Source: Actinomycetota bacterium
Lineage (GTDB): Bacteria; Actinomycetota; Aquicultoria; JACQXZ01
Direction: 5' to 3'
Length of the DNA stretch: 57,908 nt
Assembly (NCBI GenBank): GCA_016208465.1
Contig: JACQXZ010000031.1
Span: forward strand, 1-57,908
Made by a program: the position numbers and the translations under genes. The notes under the pieces are model-generated. The model was not told the DNA's origin and made no database searches. It saw nothing but the letters and a program-made list of their open reading frames with translations. This document shows, one piece after another, positions 1-10,450 of this stretch. Position 1 is the first letter of the stretch, and every line of letters starts with the position of its first letter.

Positions 1-693
1 AACATTTGTGTTCAAAGGATAATAACGGCCAAGAAAATCATAAGCTCTATACTCAATTGCGTGATACTGATTAGGCCAGATAGAAGTATCCCAATTATAC
101 TCAAAAGGCGGAAACATTATTGTTTCAACCAAATTATTATCCACCAACACATCAACGCTTGAAATCAATGGATTTTCTGCCATATCATTATTGGAATAAA
201 CTCCTAATTTAACAATACGGCTAACAATTGAACCATTTGCTGGAATCAATGATTCTATTATTGGGGACGGCTGTGGATGATTTATGGCTAATGTGTAAAA
301 CAAAAACACATTAGAAAAGACATCTGTTCCTATAATTCTAATCTTATGCCGCCCCGGCTTTAAATCTAAATCCAATGTCTTAAAATTATCTCTGTTGTAT
401 GGATTAGTTGATCCCATAAGGCTCTCATAAGAATTTTCTACAAATAATCGCAAAGCATGTACTCCTGACCCAAAAAATTCAATTTTTACATTAGCCGGCG
501 CGCCCATTACAAAATAATGTTCCTTTGAAGCAAAACCAACTGGAGGAATATATAAATAATCATCGTATTTTTCTTTGATAAAACTGGAAGGATCTGAAAC
601 ATTCAAAGCGGCAGATGCATATGTTGGGAAAATATGAACACTTAACAGAATAACTACAGAAACTACAAATATTCTTATTTTTGTTTTAAGCAT
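1..693 (-). CDS. secreted hypothetical protein; C-terminal part lies outside the window
   Basis: This ORF is not in the track because it is open at the window edge. My hand translation from the reverse-strand ATG at 691-693 gives MLKTKIRIFVVSVVILLSVHIFPTYASAALNVSD..., a signal-peptide-like N-terminus. The frame stays open for 231 codons down to position 1. Confidence 0.55.
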   Translation of the reverse strand, partial: MLKTKIRIFVVSVVILLSVHIFPTYASAALNVSDPSSFIKEKYDDYLYIPPVGFASKEHYFVMGAPANVKIEFFGSGVHALRLFVENSYESLMGSTNPYNRDNFKTLDLDLKPGRHKIRIIGTDVFSNVFLFYTLAINHPQPSPIIESLIPANGSIVSRIVKLGVYSNNDMAENPLISSVDVLVDNNLVETIMFPPFEYNWDTSIWPNQYHAIEYRAYDFLGRYYPLNTNV

Positions 694-769
694 AACCATC
701 CCCTGTAAAAATAGGTTTTTCCATATCCAAGTTAAAACAATCAGTAATTATAAATATGTCCTCTGTTAT

Positions 770-966
770 AGAAATCAAAAATCAAAGATAAAAAATACAT
801 ATTAAAATTAAAAATTATTTCCTGCCTTTCGGTGTAAATGTACAAAAGGCTAATTATTTAGCTATCCTTTTTCATTTTTCTTAATTAAAAGCCTGTAATC
901 TTTCGGGCTTATTTTTGAATTTTGATTTGTCATTTTTATTTTTGATTTTTTACTTTTGATTTAATC
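770..966 (-). repeat. AT-rich ~200-bp dispersed element (family R2), copy 1, inverted relative to 51417-51613
   Basis: The reverse complement aligns by eye with 51417-51613. Shared blocks are TGACAAATCAAAATTCAAAAATAA, CTTTTAA..GAAAAA..GATAGCTA, GAAAGGCA and ATTTTAATATGTATTTTT..TGATTTTTGATTTCT. The ends are mutually complementary (AAATCAAAA / TTTTGATTT). Confidence 0.6.
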
Positions 967-1061
967 TTAGCTCAATCAACTTTTTCATAAAAATATGATA
1001 GACTAGTTACAATTATTCTAATATATTTTTATTTATTCCTTTAAAAACCGGAGGATTTTCT

Positions 1062-2093
1062 TTGTCAAGAAAATTTATTTTAATAATTATAATATTAGCT
1101 GTTTTTTTAAGCATCATTCTGTTTAGAACAAAAGAAACGAATGAATCAAAAAACGTCTATGTCAAAGAATCATTTTTAATGGATACTCTTGTAACAATAA
1201 AAATATATGACGCAGAAAAAAAACCGGGGCAAAAGGCTGTTAAAACTGCTTTGGAAGAAATAAAAAAAATAGATAGAATTTCAAATAATTTTGACCCCGA
1301 CAGTGAAATTTCAAAAATTAACAAAAAGCCAGAAAAATATAACATAAAAGTAAGCAAAGATTTATTTAGAATGTTATCTTTAAGTAAAAAATATAGCTCT
1401 ATTACTAATAACTCATTCGATGTCACGGTTGCTTCTCTTGTTTCCCTATGGGGTTTTGAAGACAAAAAACAAGTGCCCGCCCAATCTGAATTAAAAGAAG
1501 CTCTAAACCACACGGGTTCAGAATATTTAACTCTTAACCAAAAAAACCAGACAATAAGCTTTTTAAAAAAGAATATGTCTTAAGATTTAGGTGGAGTCGC
1601 AAAAGGTTATGCGGTAGATAAGGTTATAAATGTTTTAAAAAAACAGGGAATCAAAAACGCGCTTGTTTCTGTTGAAAGCACCACTGCTGTTATCGGAAAA
1701 AAGGCAAATAAAAATTGGGCAATTGGTATCCAAAACCCTCGAAAAAAATCTGAGATTATAGGAACTCTCTTATTGAAAAACAAAAGCATCAGCGCTTCCG
1801 GAGATTACCAAAAGTTTTTTATTAAGAACGGCGTCCGCTATCATCATATTCTCTCTCCAAAAACAGGAATGCCCGCAAAAGGAATAGTGGGTGTCACAAT
1901 AATAACCTCAAGAAGTAACGCAGAATCAGATATTCTTTCCACTGCTATTTTTGTTATGGGTTACAAAAGAGGATTAAGTTTCATCAATAAAAGCGATGAT
2001 ATTGACGGAGTAATTATTACTTCGGATGGAAAAATTCATCTATCCAAACGTCTTATTAAACTAAAACCGCAATTTAAATCTAAAATCTTTTAA
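1062..2093 (+). pseudogene. apbE: ApbE/Ftp-family FAD:protein FMN transferase interrupted by one in-frame TAA (1581-1583)
   Basis: ORFs 1062..1583 and 1773..2093 are in the same frame. Translating through the TAA gives ...KKNMS*DLGGVAKGYAVDKVINVLKKQGIKNALV...SASGDYQKFF..RYHHILSPKTGMP. This is a contiguous ApbE-like sequence with the GxxKGYAxD and HHIxxPxTG motifs and an N-terminal membrane anchor. Confidence 0.7.
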
Positions 2094-2694
2094 TTCTTCT
2101 TTTTGCCAACACATGAGGCTTTGCTTTTCTAACAACCAAATTATTATTTTCTTCTTTTTTGTTTGGGCCGATCAGCCCCGATTGACTTGAAGCAGGCTTA
2201 TTTTCTTCAATAATATATTTAATAAAATTCTGCGTAAACATTTTTCCATATCGGCCTCCATCCACTACGCCAATTCCTATATGTATATATTCAGGATTGA
2301 GAATGTTTTCTTTATGTTTTTCGCTATTCATTAAAGCGCTATGAGCAATCTCAACGCTTTGAGCGCCAGCTAAGTTTTCTCCCAAAAATTTCCAGTTTTT
2401 AATATTGCCATTTTTAATTCTTAATTCAAGACCACCAGAAACAGGACTTTCGTGAGAAAAATACTCCAGTCTTATCATTTCTTCACTATGGTTTCTTGCC
2501 ACAATTGTTACTGCCGGATCAACCGTCAATGGTTTCAGATTCCTTGTTGCTCTTTCCTGATTAATAAGGTCCAGCATTCTTTGCTCATCGCCTTTTAACA
2601 CATCCTCAGCAAGAGACCAATTAATATTGGACACCAAAAACAAAAAAGTGACTGCTAAAACAACGCTTATTTTTAATATTCTTTGTTTTTTCAC
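2080..2694 (-). CDS. secreted CAP/SCP (PR-1/YkwD-like) domain protein
   Basis: The translation has LINQERATRNLKPLTVDP..ARNHSEEM..YFSHESP...GENLAG...AHSALMNSEKHKENILNPEYIHIGIGV, typical of the CAP/SCP family, with an N-terminal signal/TM segment. I prefer the GTG start at 2694 (AAGGTGG 5 nt upstream) over the track start at 2703. Confidence 0.72.
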   Translation of the reverse strand: MKKQRILKISVVLAVTFLFLVSNINWSLAEDVLKGDEQRMLDLINQERATRNLKPLTVDPAVTIVARNHSEEMIRLEYFSHESPVSGGLELRIKNGNIKNWKFLGENLAGAQSVEIAHSALMNSEKHKENILNPEYIHIGIGVVDGGRYGKMFTQNFIKYIIEENKPASSQSGLIGPNKKEENNNLVVRKAKPHVLAKRRIKRF

Positions 2695-3017
2695 TCGAAC
2701 CACCTTTTTTATTCAATCTGCAAATTTTTATATCGGCATATATCGGCAGGTTTTTTCCATTTTTTAACAAAATAAAAAAGATAGAGAAAATTAGATAGGT
2801 AAGGGGTTGTGGGTGATAGGGATTAAAGTCGAAACTCAAAATGCAAAAGGTAAAACCATAAGTAAAAACTTAAAACCGCTAAAATCGATAGTGTGGAGTT
2901 TGGTCTATTTTGGTCTATAAGAAATAGAGAATTGAGATAGAGAAGAAATTAAAAATAGGCTTCTGGCTAGTTTTGAATTTTGACTTTTGAGTTATTTGGA
3001 GTTTCTAATAAATAAAA

Positions 3018-5555
3018 TCAATCAACACCTGAATGTCTTCTCAAAACAACGCCTATTACAATAAAAATTCCTCCTACCAGGAACAACAACGGTAAATTCA
3101 TTCCTGTATATGGCAATTCTTTAATTTTAGGTATAGTCACAGGAGCTTCTTGGACAACAACGGGCTGAGAAGCGGTAATAATTATGGGGACTACCACTAC
3201 GACCGATGAATCCACCGATGCTTCTTTCGGCGTAGGAGTTTCTGTGCTTCTGATTGAAACAACATTTCTGATTGTACCGCTTGCATCACTGTTTACCTTT
3301 GCCTCATAAGTTAGCTTCCCGCCTGCTCCAGCAGGTAGTTTTTCGATATTCCAAACTATAGTATTGGTGGCTGGATCATAAACTCCATTGTTGCTCGCAC
3401 TGCCTTGGATATATGTAACTCCTGTTGGTAATTTATCAGTTATAACAGCACTGGTAACTTCAACTTCTCCTATATTTTTATAATTTATTGTATAAACCAG
3501 TGTCTCACCCGGACTTACAATTGTTTTGTCCACCAACTTTTCTATCGAGAGTTCCCTCTTTGCTTCTCCGCCGGGCGGAGGTGGAGGGGGTGGAGAAGGC
3601 AATATTTCCACAATGACTGTTTTTGTATCAGTATCTGTAACTGTTCCTCCTAATGAATCTGTGCCAGTGGCTGTAACTATGTTAGTGGTGGTCTGGTTTA
3701 AAACAATGTTTTCTCTGGTAAAGGTTTTTTCCTGACCTGGGTTTAAGTTAAATGGTTCTGTTATCTGGCCTAATTTATCATCTGTTAGAGTGACATTAAT
3801 TAGAGGATCGTCTCCTGTGTTTTTAACGGTGTAGGTATAGGTGACTTTTTCTCCTTTGTAAATTGTTGTCCTGTTAACTGTCTTGGTAATTTCTATCTTT
3901 GGACTGATGACAATGACTGTTTTTGTATCAGTATCTGTAACTGTTCCTCCTAATGAATCTGTGCCAGTGGCTGTAACTATGTTAGTCGGAAGAATAACTT
4001 TAACTGTTTCTGTGTCAGTGGCAGTTACTTCTCCTCCTAAAGAATCTGAAGCAATCACAATGGTAGTATTAGTCGTGGTCTGGTTTAAAACAGTCTCTTT
4101 GGTGAAGGTTTTAGTCTCACCTGGGGCCAAGTCAAATGGACCAGCAATGTGTCCTAAGATGTCGTCTTCGATGTTGACGTTAATTAAAGGATCGTCTCCA
4201 GTATTGGTAACGGTGTAGGTATAGGTGACTGTTTCTCCCTGATGAACTGTTGTCTTGTCAGCGGTTTTAGTAATTGTAATTGCCGGGGTGATTTTTTTGT
4301 TTCCAAAATCAACTATCGATGTTTCACCACCAACAACTGTTACGCTCACCGGATTTCCTGTTTTGTTAACCCAATACGGCTGGATTTCTTCTTCAATCTT
4401 GTAATTTCCCGGTTTGACATTGTTAAAATAATACGCCCCGTCTGCATTAGTTGTAGTTGTCCCAATAACTGTTCCGTCAATCTTTTTAAGAATAATCGTC
4501 CAACCCGACAATCCAGCTTCAGAGCTTTTGTCCCAAATACCATTTCCATTTAAATCGTTAAACTTAAATCCGGTAATTGCTCCCGGAAGAGCTTCAACTT
4601 CAACGTATCCTGTGTCTAATTTCCACTCACAACCTGTTTTTGCCTGGATGTAAGGAAAAACAGAAAAAGATCCATATTCACGAACCGTAAAGTCGTATTT
4701 TACAATCCAATAATCTTTGTTGCTCAAAGTGGTCGGTATAGATATTCCGCTGGTACCACCTATGTAGGGAGTGTCTGAATAAACCTGAGTAGCAGGAGAA
4801 GGTGGTAACCCTGACTGAACAGATCCTGGATCAAAATCATCATAATAATATATTGTAAGATGATTTAATCTCACTTTTTCTCCGCCGTAATAAGCCTGAG
4901 CGATTAGAGTATTAAAGGTTGCGCTCTCGCGATATTTTGCAACCACTTCAAAATTCTCTCCCGGCTGGGCAGAGACTGCGACTGGATAAGATTCAATAAA
5001 ATCAAGTGCGTTTTGATTAATGCTTGCAGAATTATCTAAATTTACAGAATACCAGTCTGAATATACAGGCGGTTCTAATGATCCTCCGGGGGTTAAAGAA
5101 TATCTAAGCTTAACCCAGAAACTCTCAAGGTTATTTTTAAGAGCAGCTAATTGATCTTTATTTAAGCTCCAGTAAACATAATGTGTACCGGCGCTATAAG
5201 TTCCCACTAAACGGGGGTTATCATCATCAATCAAAATATCCGCAACCCCATCTAAACCATGATTTACTATCAATTCAACGGTAGCATCATAAACAGTGTC
5301 TGAAAGAACAATTTTTGCTCCAAGTATTCCTTCGTCTGGATCAGCATTGCTTTTATTGTTTAACGGACCATCTTTGTCTGCAGGCGAAGAAGTGGACGGT
5401 TCTAGAATCGTAAAAGGAGTTGTAATGGAAACAGAAGCCGTTTCAGCAAAAACAGCAGAAGTGTTAAAAATAATTAAGGATAAAAAACTTAATAAAAAAA
5501 TTATAAGAAAAGATTTTTTTGTTCTTAGGTCATTTAGTCTGTTCTTGGCTTTCAT
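3018..5555 (-). CDS. LPXTG-anchored surface protein with SdrD-B/Cna-B-like and DUF11-type repeat domains
   Basis: 845 aa with an N-terminal signal peptide. It contains GFKFNDLNGNGIWD...GWTIILK..DG...TTTNADGAYYFNNVKPGNYKIEE (SdrD B-like) and three ~100-aa repeats with the motif TVTYTYTVxNTGDDPLINV (DUF11-like). A poly-Pro linker is followed by a C-terminal LPYTG, a hydrophobic stretch and an RRH tail. Confidence 0.85.
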   Translation of the reverse strand: MKAKNRLNDLRTKKSFLIIFLLSFLSLIIFNTSAVFAETASVSITTPFTILEPSTSSPADKDGPLNNKSNADPDEGILGAKIVLSDTVYDATVELIVNHGLDGVADILIDDDNPRLVGTYSAGTHYVYWSLNKDQLAALKNNLESFWVKLRYSLTPGGSLEPPVYSDWYSVNLDNSASINQNALDFIESYPVAVSAQPGENFEVVAKYRESATFNTLIAQAYYGGEKVRLNHLTIYYYDDFDPGSVQSGLPPSPATQVYSDTPYIGGTSGISIPTTLSNKDYWIVKYDFTVREYGSFSVFPYIQAKTGCEWKLDTGYVEVEALPGAITGFKFNDLNGNGIWDKSSEAGLSGWTIILKKIDGTVIGTTTTNADGAYYFNNVKPGNYKIEEEIQPYWVNKTGNPVSVTVVGGETSIVDFGNKKITPAITITKTADKTTVHQGETVTYTYTVTNTGDDPLINVNIEDDILGHIAGPFDLAPGETKTFTKETVLNQTTTNTTIVIASDSLGGEVTATDTETVKVILPTNIVTATGTDSLGGTVTDTDTKTVIVISPKIEITKTVNRTTIYKGEKVTYTYTVKNTGDDPLINVTLTDDKLGQITEPFNLNPGQEKTFTRENIVLNQTTTNIVTATGTDSLGGTVTDTDTKTVIVEILPSPPPPPPPGGEAKRELSIEKLVDKTIVSPGETLVYTINYKNIGEVEVTSAVITDKLPTGVTYIQGSASNNGVYDPATNTIVWNIEKLPAGAGGKLTYEAKVNSDASGTIRNVVSIRSTETPTPKEASVDSSVVVVVPIIITASQPVVVQEAPVTIPKIKELPYTGMNLPLLFLVGGIFIVIGVVLRRHSGVD

Positions 5556-5586
5556 CTTAAGAAAAATCCTTTACTGAAAATATGTA

Positions 5587-6195
5587 TCAAAACAGCCTTG
5601 CCATTATAACAAGTCTTTCTCTTGCAGAATAAATTGGACTGCACGTTGTTAGCGTTAATTTTGGTTCGCCATTTGAAGCAAGAACACCAATGTTCTTCGG
5701 ATCAACAATCTTTTTATCAAAAACAACATACTTAAAATCTCTTTCCGGCGTACTGATAAATATTTCATCACCATTATTTAGTTGATCCAATCTACGAAAA
5801 GGCGCGCCATAAGACACTCTATGTCCAGTAATAACGCTGTTTCCATTTTCACCAACAGGAAAACTTTCTGTTAAGCGAGCAGGTCCTTTGCTTAAATTTT
5901 TTGAAGTTGCTCCTTCAAGCACAATTGAGTTCAAGCCAATTTTCGGAATGATTATTTTAAATAAACGGGATTTTTTAAGTTTAAGTTTTCTAGCAGATTT
6001 GCTCTTTCTAAGCAAATGAGGTTTTTTGATTTTGGTTTTCTTAATAGTTTTAGTTTTTCTAAGTATTTTTTTTGAAGCATTAAACTGTTTTTTTAAAACT
6101 GCTTGCTGTTGATATGCATAGAGGTTTGTTATGTAGGGGAATAGTATTATAATAATTCCTATAAGGATAAACACTAAACCAATTCTTTTTTTCAT
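5587..6195 (-). CDS. sortase (transpeptidase)
   Basis: It has an N-terminal TM segment, the catalytic His context VITGHRVSYGAPF, a TLTTC (TLxTC) Cys motif and a downstream Arg (RERLV). The gene ends 31 nt upstream of the LPXTG substrate gene. Confidence 0.85.
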   Translation of the reverse strand: MKKRIGLVFILIGIIIILFPYITNLYAYQQQAVLKKQFNASKKILRKTKTIKKTKIKKPHLLRKSKSARKLKLKKSRLFKIIIPKIGLNSIVLEGATSKNLSKGPARLTESFPVGENGNSVITGHRVSYGAPFRRLDQLNNGDEIFISTPERDFKYVVFDKKIVDPKNIGVLASNGEPKLTLTTCSPIYSARERLVIMARLF

Positions 6196-6328
6196 AGCGA
6201 GCCCTTCTTGCGATAATTACATTATATCTTTGACCACTTTCTGAAACAATTAAACTACTTAGCGTGTTCCATATTCTACTCTAATTTATTCTAAAATGTC
6301 AATAAGAAATTGGAGCATGTCAAATATT

Positions 6329-8932
6329 TTAAACTAGCGCTTCGTTGCCGCTTCTAAATACCATCTTTCCATCTTTAGAATCAGCAATTATTTTATCTCC
6401 CTCTTTAAAAACTCCCTCCAGCAATTTTAAAGCAACAGGATCCTGAATTAACCGCTGAATTACCCGTTTTAATGGACGAGCGCCATAAGCTGGATCAAAA
6501 CCATTAAGCGCCAGAAATTCTTTCGCGGCAGGCGTTATAGTTAAATCAATATTTTTTTCTGCAAGTCTTTCAACCAAAACCCGCGCCTGAATATCAACTA
6601 TTTCAGTTATCTCTTCTATGTTTAATCCATTAAATATTATTATTTCATCAATTCGATTTAAGAATTCGGGTCTTAACTGATTTTTTAAAACATCCATTAT
6701 CTTTTGCGTAATTTCTTTTTTATCACTTAATTGATATATCCATTGACTTCCTATGTTTGAAGTCATTATTACTACAGTATTTTTAAAATCAACAGTCCTT
6801 CCATGCCCGTCTGTTAATCTTCCTTCGTCGAGTATCTGAAGCAAAACATTAAAAACATCATTATGAGCTTTCTCTGTTTCATCAAGCAAAACAACAGAAT
6901 ATGGTCTTCTCCTTACTGCCTCAGTTAATTGCCCGCCTTCTTCATAACCAACATAACCGGGAGGAGCGCCTATTAATCGGGAAACTGTATATTTCTCCAT
7001 ATATTCACTCATATCCAGACGTATCATCGAGCGCTCGTCATCAAAAAGAAATTCAGCAAGAGTTCTTGCCAGTTCTGTTTTGCCAACACCTGTTGGACCC
7101 AAAAACAAAAATGAACCAATCGGACGACTTGGATCACCAAGACCTGTCCGCGCTCTCCTGATTGCATTAGAAACTGCGCTTATCGCTTCGTCCTGTCCAA
7201 CAACTCTTTTTCTTAACCGCTCTTCCATATGAATCAGTTTCTCTACTTCGCCTTCCATTAATTTTGAAACAGGAATGCCGGTCCATTTGGAAACAACTTC
7301 TGCAATATCTTCTTCGTCCACCTCTTCTTTAAGCATTTTATTGTCCTTCTGCAGCTTAACTAATTTATCGTTTTCTTCGATTAGCTGTTTTTCTAAATCA
7401 ACTAATTCGCCATATCTTATTCTGGCAACTTTTTCTAAATCACCAGCTCTCTCCGACGTCTGTTCTTCTGTTTTTTTTGACTCAATCTTCTCTTTAATTT
7501 CCCTGATGCGGCCAATTATCTTTTTCTCGTTTATCCAATGGGTTCTCATCTGAGAGTTTTTTTCTTTCAAATCAGCTAATTCTTTTTCCAGCTTCAAAAG
7601 TCTTTCTTTGGAGACTGCATCCTTTTCTTTTTTAAGAGCCTGTCTTTCTATTTCTAATTGTTTTACCCGTCGTTCAATCTCATCAATTTCCACCGGCATG
7701 CTATCAATTTCTATTCTTAACTTGGAAGCCGCTTCATCTATTAAATCAATTGCCTTGTCTGGCAGAAAACGATCTGTAATGTAACGGCTTGAAAGAACAG
7801 CGGCTGAAACCAAGGCCGTGTCCTGAATCCTGACACCATGATGGACATCATATCGTTCCTTTAATCCTCTCAGGATAGCAATTGTATCTTCTACAGAAGG
7901 CTCATCAATTAAAATTGGCTGGAATCTTCGTTCCAGGGCCGCGTCCTTTTCAACATGCTTGCGGTATTCATCAATAGTAGTAGCGCCAATACATCTTAGT
8001 TCACCGCGAGCCAGCATTGGCTTTAACATATTAGCCGCGTCAACAGCTCCCTCAGCAGCGCCTGCTCCCACTAACGTATGAAGCTCATCAATAAACAAAA
8101 CAATCTCACCTTCAGACCTGCTTATTTCTTTCAAAACCGCTTTTAGTCTTTCTTCAAATTCTCCACGATACTTCGATCCGGCAACTAAAGCGCCTATGTC
8201 TAACGCAACAACTGTTTTGTTCTTAAGTCCCTCAGGCACATCTCCACTTATAATCCTCTGTGCTAAACCTTCCGCTATAGCAGTTTTACCTACACCCGGC
8301 TCACCAATCAAAACAGGATTGTTTTTTGTGCGCCTTGACAATACCTGCATTACTCTTCTTATTTCATCATCTCTTCCGATTACCGGATCTAATTTATTCA
8401 ATCTTGCAAGGTCCGTAAGATTTCTGCCATATTTTTCAAGAGCCTGATATTTTTCTTCAGGATTTTGATCAGTAATTCTCTGGCCACCTCTTATATTTTT
8501 AAGAGCATTGTAAATACTGGTTTTGTCAATTTTATATTTTTTTAAAATGTCAGATGACCATCCGCCTGTTTCACAGATCGCCACAAGAAGATGTTCTGTG
8601 CTTACAAACTCATCCTTCATCTTTTCAGCTTCAGCAAATGCTTTATCAAACACTCTTCTTGAATTAACAGATAGATATACCTCTGCGGTTTGCGCTCCAT
8701 AAATCTTTGGAAAGCTATTTATCTTGCTTTCAACTTCATTTTTTAATTCATCAATATTTACTTCCATTTTTCTTAAGATCGATCCGACAATACCCGCTTC
8801 CTGAGTTAATAAAGAAAGCAAAAGATGTTCTGTTTCAACCTGCTGATTTTGATATTGTTCGGCAATTTTCTGAGCCTGAACAATACTTTCTCTTGCTTTT
8901 TCCGTAAACTTATCCCACATTTTATCTATCAC
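6329..8932 (-). CDS. clpB: ATP-dependent chaperone ClpB
   Basis: 867 aa with two AAA+ modules ([18 protein letters not shown]) and a long middle coiled-coil, giving full-length ClpB architecture. The start is GTG at 8932 or ATG at 8920. Confidence 0.96.
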   Translation of the reverse strand: MIDKMWDKFTEKARESIVQAQKIAEQYQNQQVETEHLLLSLLTQEAGIVGSILRKMEVNIDELKNEVESKINSFPKIYGAQTAEVYLSVNSRRVFDKAFAEAEKMKDEFVSTEHLLVAICETGGWSSDILKKYKIDKTSIYNALKNIRGGQRITDQNPEEKYQALEKYGRNLTDLARLNKLDPVIGRDDEIRRVMQVLSRRTKNNPVLIGEPGVGKTAIAEGLAQRIISGDVPEGLKNKTVVALDIGALVAGSKYRGEFEERLKAVLKEISRSEGEIVLFIDELHTLVGAGAAEGAVDAANMLKPMLARGELRCIGATTIDEYRKHVEKDAALERRFQPILIDEPSVEDTIAILRGLKERYDVHHGVRIQDTALVSAAVLSSRYITDRFLPDKAIDLIDEAASKLRIEIDSMPVEIDEIERRVKQLEIERQALKKEKDAVSKERLLKLEKELADLKEKNSQMRTHWINEKKIIGRIREIKEKIESKKTEEQTSERAGDLEKVARIRYGELVDLEKQLIEENDKLVKLQKDNKMLKEEVDEEDIAEVVSKWTGIPVSKLMEGEVEKLIHMEERLRKRVVGQDEAISAVSNAIRRARTGLGDPSRPIGSFLFLGPTGVGKTELARTLAEFLFDDERSMIRLDMSEYMEKYTVSRLIGAPPGYVGYEEGGQLTEAVRRRPYSVVLLDETEKAHNDVFNVLLQILDEGRLTDGHGRTVDFKNTVVIMTSNIGSQWIYQLSDKKEITQKIMDVLKNQLRPEFLNRIDEIIIFNGLNIEEITEIVDIQARVLVERLAEKNIDLTITPAAKEFLALNGFDPAYGARPLKRVIQRLIQDPVALKLLEGVFKEGDKIIADSKDGKMVFRSGNEALV

Positions 8933-8954
8933 TTCTTTTCTTTATGTTAAACAT

Positions 8955-9344
8955 TCAAAACTTAACAATAATACCTTTTACTGCTTTCTCCAGTTTTGGA
9001 GAAAAACGACGATGCAGAGAATTTATTTCTCTTTCCATCTCTTCTTTGATAGCATCAAATTCTTTTGCTTTCGTTTCCATAAATTCTTCCATCTTTTTAA
9101 TTTCTTCACGTAATTCCATAATAATTTTAACGCCTGCTAAATTTACTTTTTCCTTCTGAGTTAATTCCTGAATATATCCCAAGCATTCTATGTCTTCATC
9201 AGAATACATGCGTCTTTTCTTCCTTGTCCTCGAAGGAGCAAGCAGCCCTTTCCTCTCGTAAATTCTTAATGTCTGAGGATGAACTTTTGCCAACTTCGCG
9301 GCAATACTTATAATATATACAGGATGACTATCCGTTTTGCTCAT
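8955..9344 (-). CDS. hspR: MerR-family heat-shock repressor HspR
   Basis: It has a MerR HTH ([31 protein letters not shown]). Its position directly after dnaJ (ATGA overlap) matches the classical dnaK-grpE-dnaJ-hspR arrangement. Confidence 0.8.
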   Translation of the reverse strand: MSKTDSHPVYIISIAAKLAKVHPQTLRIYERKGLLAPSRTRKKRRMYSDEDIECLGYIQELTQKEKVNLAGVKIIMELREEIKKMEEFMETKAKEFDAIKEEMEREINSLHRRFSPKLEKAVKGIIVKF

Positions 9345-10450
9345 CTTTGTTCACCACTTTTAAAAACATCTTTTCTAATCTTTTCGCCTTCATTAAAATC
9401 TGACAGCTCTTTTATAAGACTTTCTTCCTTTTCGTTTAGCTTGTCAGGAATTACAATATTGACCACAATGTACATATCGCCTCGACCCTCACCGCCAAGT
9501 TTCGGCGCTCCTTTATCTTTAATTCTAAGAATCTTCCCGTTTTGTGTTCGCGGCGGGATTTTCAAAGAAATGAAACCATCTATTGTTGGAATTTTCACAG
9601 TTGTACCTAAAACCGCCTCGCTAAAACTTAACGGCAGGTCTAAATAAATATCACTCTTCTTTCTTTTAAAGAGAGGGTGAGAATCAACTTTTGTTATTAT
9701 AAAAAGATCTCCCGGCGGACCGCCGCTTATACCAGCTTCGCCTTTATTTTTAATTTTTATTTTGCTGTCATTATTAACGCCGGCTGGAATTTTTATCGTA
9801 AGAGGTTTTGTTTCAGTTGCTCTTCCTGTGCCCCTGCAAGTAAGACAAGGACTATCAATTACCACACCTTTACTTAAACAAGTTTCACAGGGATGATTAA
9901 TGCTGAAAAATCCCTGATTTTGAGAAATAACCCCTTTCCCTTTGCAGGTAGGACACATTTTTGGTGAAGTGCCTTGTCTGGCGCCGCTTCCGCCGCACTG
10001 ATAGCAAATATTCTCTCGCGAAACATTTATTTTAGTGGCAACTCCCCTTATGGCATCAAAAAAAGAAAGTCTGATATTATAATAAAGATCTCTTCCTTTT
10101 TCTGGTCGTTTTGTAGTTCTTCCCTGAGTAAAAATATCAAATACATCACTAAATCCAGCGCCTGTAGCAAAAATATCCTCAAATCCCGTGGGCCTGAATC
10201 CTCCGTGTCCCCCTTGACCAAACATTCTTGAAGCCTCATCGTATTCTTTTCTTTTTTTCTCGTCGCTTAAAACTTCATATGCCTCAGAAACTTTTTTGAA
10301 TTTCTCTTCGGCTTCTTTGTTGTTCGGATTTGCGTCAGGATGATATTTTCTTGCTAATTTTCTATATGCTTTTTTTACTTCGTTCCGGTTAGCATCTTTT
10401 GATACACCTAAAATTTTATAATAATCTTTTCCATTCAAAATATTCACCAC
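9341..10450 (-). CDS. dnaJ: co-chaperone DnaJ
   Basis: It has a J domain with HPD (YHPDANP), a G/F region and four CxxCxGxG zinc-finger repeats. Confidence 0.96.
   Translation of the reverse strand: MVNILNGKDYYKILGVSKDANRNEVKKAYRKLARKYHPDANPNNKEAEEKFKKVSEAYEVLSDEKKRKEYDEASRMFGQGGHGGFRPTGFEDIFATGAGFSDVFDIFTQGRTTKRPEKGRDLYYNIRLSFFDAIRGVATKINVSRENICYQCGGSGARQGTSPKMCPTCKGKGVISQNQGFFSINHPCETCLSKGVVIDSPCLTCRGTGRATETKPLTIKIPAGVNNDSKIKIKNKGEAGISGGPPGDLFIITKVDSHPLFKRKKSDIYLDLPLSFSEAVLGTTVKIPTIDGFISLKIPPRTQNGKILRIKDKGAPKLGGEGRGDMYIVVNIVIPDKLNEKEESLIKELSDFNEGEKIRKDVFKSGEQR

Noticed and set aside
1581-1583. Genome-wide reassignment of TAA (alternative genetic code).
   Set aside because: Only one in-frame TAA was seen among ~50 conserved genes, and many genes in the window terminate normally at TAA (for example apbE itself, ddl, nrdR). 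A nonsense mutation or an error is far more parsimonious.
3610-3986. The 77-bp perfect repeat in the surface-protein gene as a DGR template/variable repeat pair.
   Set aside because: The two copies are identical rather than differing at adenines, and both are in-frame parts of tandem protein domains. No reverse transcriptase or accessory gene lies nearby.
3526-4553. Plus-strand ORFs 3526..3735, 3883..4218 and 4242..4553 (and minus-strand 4346..4549) inside the surface-protein gene.
   Set aside because: These are shadow ORFs antisense to, or out of frame with, a well-supported 845-aa CDS. Their translations are low-complexity (VSVSVTVPPNESVPVAVTMLV repeated) and simply mirror the DUF11 repeat DNA. 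The same reasoning applies to the many short antisense ORFs inside clpB, dnaK, dnaJ, cheA, the MCP genes, trkA, the P-type ATPase, pmbA and tldD.
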